A stretch of DNA of 63,419 nt, filler included, from Guillardia theta CCMP2712 (lineage: Eukaryota; Protista; Cryptophyta): assembly GCF_000315625.1 (NCBI RefSeq). It is 8 parts of 8 records of this genome, joined end to end, with 100 filler letters (N's around TTAATTAATTAA, not from the genome) between each part and the next. Parts side by side here need not be neighbours in the genome. Positions count along the whole stretch, not along the records: positions 18,854 to 50,750 come from NW_005434389.1; 7 more parts are not named here. One strand, given 5' to 3'. Below are positions 39,876 to 48,100 of the stretch, piece by piece. Under the pieces are notes generated by a model. The model did no database searches. It saw only the letters and a list, made by a program, of their open reading frames with translations, and was not told where the DNA came from. Position 1 is the stretch's first letter; each line of letters begins with the position of its first letter. The position numbers and the translations under genes were made by a program.

Positions 39876-41027
39876 ATGAACAGGCATGGCGGCAAGCGCC
39901 AACGCGATGATGTTGGCAGTGATGGGGCTGGATCAACAGACAGGCCAGGAGATAGCGACAGCGGCGGCGAGAGCGGCAGCGGCGGCGAGAGCGGCAGCGG
40001 CAGCGGCGGCGAGAGCGGCAGCGGCAGCGGCGGCGAGAGCGGCAGCGGCGGCGAGAGCGGCAGCGGCAGCGGCAGCGGGAGCCCCGAGGACTTCGGAACG
40101 CTAGAGATCATCGAGGCCATGCAGCAGCACCCGGACAGCACAGAGGTGCAGCTGAGGGGCTGCAGGCAGCTGTGCGGCCTCGCCGACGCCGACAGATCCA
40201 CGCTCTCTCACTACTTCGATGCGGCCGTCGGCTCGGTATACAGGGCCATGTTCATGTACCCAGGCAGCAGGGAGCTGCAAGAGCAGGGCTGCAAGGCGCT
40301 CAGAAGGCTCACCGACAGCCATGACAAGTGCACCCCCCAAGCCCAAGGCTACCTCATCAAACCAATCACCAGGGCCATGCAGCAGCACCCAGACAGCACA
40401 GAGGTCCATGCGCACGGCCTCAGGGTGATGTGCCGCTTGTGGCACCAATTCAAGTCCATCGACGAGATCAAATCAATCATCGATGCTGTACGGAGGCACG
40501 CGGGCAGTGAGGTGATACAGGCGGAGGGCCTCAAGGTGCTCATGTACTGCACCAGCTTGAAGTCGCGCCTCGCGTTATCGAGCCTCGGCGTGGTTCGGGT
40601 CATCGTCGAGGCTATGGGGCTGCACCCGGGCGACCAGCACGTGCAGGAGGAGGGCTGCTCTTTCATGAAATCACTCGCCGAAGACGGTGAAGATGGATCG
40701 GAGCTGGGCATCATGATAGCGAGCCTCGGTGGGATCGAGGCGATCGTTCGGGCCATCAAGCTACACCCAGGCTCATGGGGCTGTTTTTTCAACGGCTGCT
40801 GGGCACTGGCCGGCATCGCCAGGAATGACGACATCGGCGCAAAGATCGCCGCAAACGGTGGGATCCAGGCAATCCTCGAGGCGATGGAGATGCACCCAGC
40901 CAGAGGCTATCGCATCAAGAAACCGCTCAAGGCCCTCGCTGCCAACGCCGACAACAGGGCCATGTTTGCCAGGGCCTTGGAGCTTCACACGGGCACGGAG
41001 CAGGTGCGTCAGGTACTTTGGGAGTAA
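39876..41027 (+). CDS. Armadillo-repeat protein with Gly/Ser-repeat N-terminus
   Basis: ~42-aa repeats of the type GGIEAIVRAMxxHPxxxxVQxxGCxAL. Confidence 0.85.
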   Translation: MNRHGGKRQRDDVGSDGAGSTDRPGDSDSGGESGSGGESGSGSGGESGSGSGGESGSGGESGSGSGSGSPEDFGTLEIIEAMQQHPDSTEVQLRGCRQLCGLADADRSTLSHYFDAAVGSVYRAMFMYPGSRELQEQGCKALRRLTDSHDKCTPQAQGYLIKPITRAMQQHPDSTEVHAHGLRVMCRLWHQFKSIDEIKSIIDAVRRHAGSEVIQAEGLKVLMYCTSLKSRLALSSLGVVRVIVEAMGLHPGDQHVQEEGCSFMKSLAEDGEDGSELGIMIASLGGIEAIVRAIKLHPGSWGCFFNGCWALAGIARNDDIGAKIAANGGIQAILEAMEMHPARGYRIKKPLKALAANADNRAMFARALELHTGTEQVRQVLWE

Positions 41028-41045
41028 ATTGGTGGGTAGGGTACA

Positions 41046-43652
41046 TTGACCAATACCCACCCGTTGAAGGTCCTTGCCTGTACCCTTCACATCCCCCCCG
41101 TTCCATTCTATAAAAGCTGGGATGAAAGTTGTGTTTCGCGCCGGGGTGCCACATTCACGCCTTGTTCAACACGATTGAGAAATCTCTGCCCAATGTTTCA
41201 ATTGGACTGTGGTCTATTCAAGAGAAATTCTACATCTTTGCATCAAGGACCACCAACGAAGAAGAGAAGAACAAAACAGAAAATTGAAATCAGTGATCCT
41301 GCTTTGGAATTCTGGGAAGAAGTTGCCAAAGAGGCAGACTTTGTCTACTCCAAGCGCAGTAAATGGCAAGGTGATGGAGATTTGCATTCGTTCTTCAATG
41401 GTTTTGGTTCAAGTGCCTCTGCCAAGTTTCCTGGACACATTACTGCGCGTACATTCAGTGAACTGTGGGAAGAATTCAAGACAGAGCATGAATTTCCATC
41501 GGAATTCCAACCATCCACTTGGACAGATTTTGAGGATGAGAATATCCAGCTACTTTTCTTGGAGAAGGTTAAAAAGCAAGTGATACCTTTCCTGGACATG
41601 AGTCTACGGAATTTTTTGGATGGGATCGGGGTTTCAGGACGCTCACACGAGGAACAATGGAGGTGTTTTGCATACTTGTTCGATGCGGTTTCAAATCAGA
41701 AAAACAGGAACAACAAATTTACTTTGGAGAAATTTTTGTCGGGGATTGTTCGTAACAGGAATGTTAAGCGTTACCTTGCAAAAGAGATTCGCAAAAACCT
41801 AAAACTTCAAAAGAAGCTCAAGTATATTGCCCGAAGCTATATGCCGGATGTCAACGAGTCATGTGCATTACTGCTGAAGGCGAATATGACCAAGGGTGCG
41901 TACAATACATTCTGGACTGAGGATGGCCGAATGCATCGTCTCGCAATTCCATTCAAGAAAATAGGAAAATGCCGTGTGATGAAGAAGCTTTTCTTGAAGC
42001 AAGCTTTGAAAGTTTTTCGAACCGAACAAGGATGTCACGGAACAGACCTTTTTGATTCTGTGAAATTGAAGATAGTGCAGAAGCATTTGCAACACAAAAA
42101 GAAGTTGCTGTTGATTTTCAACACAGATGCAACGGTTTTGGGGAAGTCACTTGGATCGGACACAAAACACACTGAAGTATCTTACACAATCCTCGCACCT
42201 CGATCCGAATGCGATGACAGCGAAGAATGGAATCAAATAGAAGCTTGTATCAGGCGGGCCCTCGATGCTGGGACTTTGATGATATTACCTGTGGGTGACA
42301 ACGCCAAGAATATGGACTTCAATTTTTGGAAACCGTACGAGAACCCTATCATTTCGATTCTGAAGAATGGCATCACGATCGGAGACAACAACATCGAGAT
42401 TCAAGTATTTTTCAGAGCAGACTTAGCTGGACACTATGGATTGCTCGATCATGGTGGAGTTCACGATCGCAGCGGGAAGTTTTGTCTTCACTGTGAAGAG
42501 ACAGCGCAAGCCAAGAAGGCAGGGAAATTCATTTTCCTCTCGGAGAACCAGCAGCAGGATTCGATCTCTTTGCGTGAATTTTGCAATCGTCATCGCCTTT
42601 TCCCTTCCGACATTGAAATGTTGAATGACATTGTACGCAGTGCTTGCGGTAATGGAGATCTTGCTATGGCAGAAATGATTGAAGGCAGTGATTCGGGAGG
42701 GGGCGCACATGTTGAACAGCTTTTGAGCAAATGTCTGGAAGCGGGCAATCAGCAGGAGTTGAGAGCATGCTTAGAAAATCCAGATAAGCCTCTTCCTATT
42801 GGCCTTGTTGTACCTTGTCTTCGTTTATGTAAGATTTCAAGAAAGTCTAGTCATCTTCAACAAGCTGACTTCCCGAGTCTGCATTTCCTCTACTGTGCAC
42901 TTCATCTGAGGTTAAGATTTGTCAACTTGTTGGTGAATTATATTTATGAAGTCGCTGCCAATCAAGGCAAAGTGGCAGCTGTTAACAGAATCTTGCAGTC
43001 GTTTCAAGTCAACATGGAACTGAAAAATGACAAAGATCAACAAAGACAGTTGAGCGGAAAGATGTGTAAACGATTCATGAACGCTTTGCCGCAAATCATA
43101 GATTTGCTGGTGCCGAACGAGGCGACTCGTCAAGAGTGGAAAACTGCCCTTGATGAATGGGATCATGTGATCACGGTTCTCTCGTGTCAGTACTACGACA
43201 AAATTACTCCGGCAGATGCTGAACAACTGCCGTTTAGGATCCGGAGCTTTTGTGTGAAAATTGTCAAATTGATCGGAGATGTGAAGAGGCTGCAGTCGTT
43301 TTATTTTCATAGCCTGCTCATTGGGCACATTGGTGAACAATTCGAGTATCTATACAAGGAGTTTGGAGTTCCCCTGGGACTTTTGAGCCTTTCTGCAATC
43401 GAAAAGCGACACGAAACAATGGGAAGACGATGCTACAAGAAAGCTGTAGCAGAGATCAATTTGTACATGAGTGGAAAGAGTACTTCCGATTTGCATCCCG
43501 ATGGACAACCCGATTCTAAGGCCTCACGATCGTTTTACACTCTGATGAATCTGCTTTTGCAATCATACAACGATGAGACTGCTGAAGCTCTATTTCAGCA
43601 CACAGTTCAAAACGTTAATTTAGCAGCGTTAAGAAGAAGTTTGGATGAATAA
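41046..43652 (+). CDS. RAG1/Transib/Chapaev-like DDE transposase (first ATG at 41193)
   Basis: Motifs in RAG1-core order: IFNTDAT (D1), FFRADLAG (D2), FCLHC, YCALHLRLR, LSGKMCKRF, FYFHSLLIGH and LGLLSLSAIEKRH (E). Uninterrupted and intronless. Confidence 0.85.
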   Translation: MTNTHPLKVLACTLHIPPVPFYKSWDESCVSRRGATFTPCSTRLRNLCPMFQLDCGLFKRNSTSLHQGPPTKKRRTKQKIEISDPALEFWEEVAKEADFVYSKRSKWQGDGDLHSFFNGFGSSASAKFPGHITARTFSELWEEFKTEHEFPSEFQPSTWTDFEDENIQLLFLEKVKKQVIPFLDMSLRNFLDGIGVSGRSHEEQWRCFAYLFDAVSNQKNRNNKFTLEKFLSGIVRNRNVKRYLAKEIRKNLKLQKKLKYIARSYMPDVNESCALLLKANMTKGAYNTFWTEDGRMHRLAIPFKKIGKCRVMKKLFLKQALKVFRTEQGCHGTDLFDSVKLKIVQKHLQHKKKLLLIFNTDATVLGKSLGSDTKHTEVSYTILAPRSECDDSEEWNQIEACIRRALDAGTLMILPVGDNAKNMDFNFWKPYENPIISILKNGITIGDNNIEIQVFFRADLAGHYGLLDHGGVHDRSGKFCLHCEETAQAKKAGKFIFLSENQQQDSISLREFCNRHRLFPSDIEMLNDIVRSACGNGDLAMAEMIEGSDSGGGAHVEQLLSKCLEAGNQQELRACLENPDKPLPIGLVVPCLRLCKISRKSSHLQQADFPSLHFLYCALHLRLRFVNLLVNYIYEVAANQGKVAAVNRILQSFQVNMELKNDKDQQRQLSGKMCKRFMNALPQIIDLLVPNEATRQEWKTALDEWDHVITVLSCQYYDKITPADAEQLPFRIRSFCVKIVKLIGDVKRLQSFYFHSLLIGHIGEQFEYLYKEFGVPLGLLSLSAIEKRHETMGRRCYKKAVAEINLYMSGKSTSDLHPDGQPDSKASRSFYTLMNLLLQSYNDETAEALFQHTVQNVNLAALRRSLDE

Positions 43653-43745
43653 AATTTTTACTTCTCTGTCTGAATACTTTTACAAACACAACAGTTCACA
43701 ATGCAGACTTAGGAAATTTGGAAGAACACCTTTCTACCTAGTTGC

Positions 43746-44891
43746 TTAGTCGTGCTCCGAGGGAGGGAAACTCCAAATTAGCGCCTTGGTGAAGGATAAC
43801 CTCACAATTTTTGTGAACTTGAAGGTGATCGCTGTTGCACATGCCGAACGTGGATTTTGGATCGGCATGAAAATTTGGATAGGGCCTTCGAGGTAGATGG
43901 ATCCTCGAGCAGGCCCTAGGCTAAAAGGACAATCTTTCAAGGGAACATTCAAGGCTTCTTTGAACAATGGAGTGTCTAACAGATTTGCATCCAGAGTCCA
44001 GGCACATCGACGAGAATGGCGGTTTGAAATTCCTGAGCACAGCACCTTGCTTGTTTCTACAGGCATCTGTCTCAACAAATACAGCATTGCAGTAAAATCT
44101 TGAATTGGTACGGTGAAAGCAAGGCGATTTGCTTTTCTCGGATTCCATTTAGTGCATCCTCGCTTCACCAACCATACCTTCAATTCTTCTCGTATGACAT
44201 TAAAAACATTGGTGATCTTGAAGAAGTTAAGCTCGTCCTGAAAGTTCGCAAAATAACAATTGAGCATTGATTGTGTCAACCGAAATCCTTTGAAGTATTC
44301 TATGTGACAACGTTCTTTTTGCTGTACATTCTCGAAAAAGATCCATCCAACGACGCTTACAAGTGAGACAGGAGATGGAGGACCGGGGGCAACATAAACA
44401 CATGGAAATGTAACATGGAAAATTCTCACGATATCTGATATTGGAAACTCATCTGTATATATGCTCTGGAAACACTCATGTGATTGAATTCCAGCTAGCA
44501 AACTTGTGTACCTCCTGTCATTCATGATAGACAACTTTTGGAAAACTTCCTCAATGATCGACCTATTGTACAAAATGTAAACTTCTACGGACTGCTCTGT
44601 GACATGTTTAATGACTCCGTGCCGCTCCTTACGATCGACGTCCAAGAACACAACGCCAAGAAAAGGTTTCAACGTCAGATCAACATTCCACATGGGCACA
44701 TGGTACTTTGGAGGGTTTGGCAACGGAGGAGAAGCTTGCATCTCAGATTGGTAGGTAAAACAAAGAGGAACTTGGACATTGTTAGGAATGTTTCCGGGCT
44801 GTTCTTGCAGCTGAACCCGTTTGTCCCTCTGTTCGTAATGTCTCCTACTGTCATCTGCAATTTGAGCTGCCTTCCTTCGAACTCTTGCCAT
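43746..44891 (-). CDS. Transposon accessory protein with putative BAH-like domain
   Basis: Intact 381-aa ORF convergent with the transposase, same AT-richer composition. HECFQSIYTDEFPISDIVRIFHV resembles the BAH C-terminal signature. The ORF is likely real; the domain call is tentative. Confidence 0.7.
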   Translation of the reverse strand: MARVRRKAAQIADDSRRHYEQRDKRVQLQEQPGNIPNNVQVPLCFTYQSEMQASPPLPNPPKYHVPMWNVDLTLKPFLGVVFLDVDRKERHGVIKHVTEQSVEVYILYNRSIIEEVFQKLSIMNDRRYTSLLAGIQSHECFQSIYTDEFPISDIVRIFHVTFPCVYVAPGPPSPVSLVSVVGWIFFENVQQKERCHIEYFKGFRLTQSMLNCYFANFQDELNFFKITNVFNVIREELKVWLVKRGCTKWNPRKANRLAFTVPIQDFTAMLYLLRQMPVETSKVLCSGISNRHSRRCAWTLDANLLDTPLFKEALNVPLKDCPFSLGPARGSIYLEGPIQIFMPIQNPRSACATAITFKFTKIVRLSFTKALIWSFPPSEHD

Positions 44892-45140
44892 TCCTTTTCT
44901 GGTTGGACAGGGAGGGCACCGCCAACATTTTAGGATTGAGAATTTTAGGGTTATTATTTCTAAAGCTATAATTGCAATAGATTTGTACCAATTCCATGTT
45001 AAGCTTTGAGAGTAAAATACATGTAAAAACAGGTTTCAACCCAGTGTGAAAATCTTCGATAGCAAATTTCAAGAATCCTTGAAACAGAAATAACTACCCC
45101 CTGTTTCCCATGCCCCACCCCCCTTGAAAATTCCATTCGA

Positions 45141-45165
45141 ACCAACGCGGAATGACCCCAGAATG
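45141..45165 (-). repeat. Right terminal inverted repeat (reverse complement CATTCTGGGGTCATTCCGCGTTGGT)
   Basis: 22/25 match to the left TIR, immediately followed by CTA and the resumed satellite. Confidence 0.92.
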
Positions 45166-48100
45166 CTAAGTGTCCGGAGATTGGCCGGGGGCCTGATCTC
45201 TCCGGGCGGCCGTGACCGGTCAGCGGGCCGTGTCAGCAGGCCCGTGACATGTCAGCCGGCTGACAGGGGCCGTGACCCGGCTGACAGGCTCACCTGACCG
45301 GTCACGTGACACATCACGTGACCGAGACAAGACTTTTTTATATCGCAGATCCAAAAACCCATAGGACATTTCTCCCAGGGGGAAGAAAACCTCCCTTGAC
45401 CCCCCTGTTTCTCGACGGATCCTGCCGGCCGGGCCCGTCAGTAGACCGACTGCAGCCTTCAGCCCCGCCTCAGACCCCCTGGAGGCCCGCCAGGAGGCTA
45501 AGTGTCCGGAGATTGGCCGGGGGCCTGATCTCTCCGGGCGGCCGTGACCGGTCAGCGGGCCGTGTCAGCAGGCCCGTGACATGTCAGCCGGCTGACAGGG
45601 GCCGTGACCCGGCTGACAGGCTCACCTGACCGGTCACGTGACACATCACGTGACCGAGACAAGACTTTTTTATATCGCAGATCCAAAAACCCATAGGACA
45701 TTTCTCCCAGGGGGAAGAAAACCTCCCTTGACCCCCCTGTTTCTCGACGGATCCTGCCTCGCCGGGCCCGTCAGTAGACCGACTGCAGCCTTCAGCCCCG
45801 CCTCAGACCCCCTGGAGGCCCGCCAGGAGGCTAAGTGTCCGGAGATTGGCCGGGGGCCTGATCTCTCCGGGCGGCCGTGACCGGTCAGCGGGCCGTGTCA
45901 GCAGGCCCGTGACATGTCAGCCGGCTGACAGGGGCCGTGACCCGGCTGACAGGCTCACCTGACCGGTCACGTGACACATCACGTGACCGAGACAAGACTT
46001 TTTTATATCGCAGATCCAAAAACCCATAGGACATTTCTCCCAGGGGGAAGAAAACCTCCCTTGACCCCCCTGTTTCTCGACGGATCCTGCCGGCCGGGCC
46101 CGTCAGTAGACCGACTGCAGCCTTCAGCCCCGCCTCAGACCCCCTGGAGGCCCGCCAGGAGGCTAAGTGTCCGGAGATTGGCCGGGGGCCTGATCTCTCC
46201 GGGCGGCCGTGACCGGTCAGCGGACCGTGTCAGCAGGCCCGTGACATGTCAGCCGGCTGACAGGGGCCGTGACCCGGCTGACAGGCTCACCTGACCGGTC
46301 ACGTGACACATCACGTGACCGAGACAAGACTTTTTTATATCGCAGATCCAAAAACCCATAGGACATTTCTCCCAGGGGGAAGAAAACCTCCCTTGACCCC
46401 CCTGTTTCTCGACGGATCCTGCCGGCCGGGCCCGTCAGTAGACCGACTGCAGCCTTCAGCCCCGCCTCAGACCCCCTGGAGGCCCGCCAGGAGGCTAAGT
46501 GTCCGGAGATTGGCCGGGGGCCTGATCTCTCCGGGCGGCCGTGACCGGTCAGCGGGCCGTGTCAGCAGGCCCGTGACATGTCAGCCGGCTGACAGGGGCC
46601 GTGACCCGGCTGACAGGCTCACCTGACCGGTCACGTGACACATCACGTGACCGAGACAAGACTTTTTTATATCGCAGATCCAAAAACCCATAGGACATTT
46701 CTCCCAGGGGGAAGAAAACCTCCCTTGACCCCCCTGTTTCTCGACGGATCCTGCCGGCCGGGCCCGTCAGTAGACCGACTGCAGCCTTCAGCCCCGCCTC
46801 AGACCCCCTGGAGGCCCGCCAGGAGGCTAAGTGTCCGGAGATTGGCCGGGGGCCTGATCTCTCCGGGCGGCCGTGACCGGTCAGCGGGCCGTGTCAGCAG
46901 GCCCGTGACATGTCAGCCGGCTGACAGGGGCCGTGACCCGGCTGACAGGCTCACCTGACCGGTCACGTGACACATCACGTGACCGAGACAAGACTTTTTT
47001 TATATCGCAGATCCAAAAACCCATAGGACATTTCTCCCAGGGGGAAGAAAACCTCCCTTGACCCCCCTGTTTCTCGACGGATCCTGCCGGCCGGGCCCGT
47101 CAGTAGACCGACTGCAGCCTTCAGCCCCGCCTCAGACCCCCTGGAGGCCCGCCAGGAGGCTAAGTGTCCGGAGATTGGCCGGGGGCCTGATCTCTCCGGG
47201 CGGCCGTGACCGGTCAGCGGACCGTGTCAGCAGGCCCGTGACATGTCAGCCGGCTGACAGGGGCCGTGACCCGGCTGACAGGCTCACCTGACCGGTCACG
47301 TGACACATCACGTGACCGAGACAAGACTTTTTTATATCGCAGATCCAAAAACCCATAGGACATTTCTCCCAGGGGGAAGAAAACCTCCCTTGACCCCCCT
47401 GTTTCTCGACGGATCCTGCCGGCCGGGCCCGTCAGTAGACCGACTGCAGCCTTCAGCCCCGCCTCAGACCCCCTGGAGGCCCGCCAGGAGGCTAAGTGTC
47501 CGGAGATTGGCCGGGGGCCTGATCTCTCCGGGCGGCCGTGACCGGTCAGCGGGCCGTGTCAGCAGGCCCGTGACATGTCAGCCGGCTGACAGGGGCCGTG
47601 ACCCGGCTGACAGGCTCACCTGACCGGTCACGTGACACATCACGTGACCGAGACAAGACTTTTTTATATCGCAGATCCAAAAACCCATAGGACATTTCTC
47701 CCAGGGGGAAGAAAACCTCCCTTGACCCCCCTGTTTCTCGACGGATCCTGCCGGCCGGGCCCGTCAGTAGACCGACTGCAGCCTTCAGCCCCGCCTCAGA
47801 CCCCCTGGAGGCCCGCCAGGAGGCTAAGTGTCCGGAGATTGGCCGGGGGCCTGATCTCTCCGGGCGGCCGTGACCGGTCAGCGGGCCGTGTCAGCAGGCC
47901 CGTGACATGTCAGCCGGCTGACAGGGGCCGTGACCCGGCTGACAGGCTCACCTGACCGGTCACGTGACACATCACGTGACCGAGACAAGACTTTTTTATA
48001 TCGCAGATCCAAAAACCCATAGGACATTTCTCCCAGGGGGAAGAAAACCTCCCTTGACCCCCCTGTTTCTCGACGGATCCTGCCGGCCGGGCCCGTCAGT

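Larger units (their letters stand above)
19439..45165. mobile_element. Giant (~25.7 kb as assembled) cargo-carrying DNA transposon with RAG1/Transib/Chapaev-like transposase
   Basis: The satellite sequence GGAGG-CTA-AGTGTCC is split with CTA duplicated (19436-19438 and 45166-45168). Terminal inverted repeats match at 22/25. A DDE transposase lies inside. Confidence 0.92.

Noticed and set aside
43746-44891. True RAG2 homolog
   Set aside because: No kelch repeats or PHD Cys/His pattern is visible. Only the gene arrangement is analogous.
19439-45165. Polinton/Maverick or endogenous virus
   Set aside because: No pPolB, retroviral-type integrase, capsid or ATPase was recognised. Short TIRs and a 3-bp TSD do not fit Polintons.
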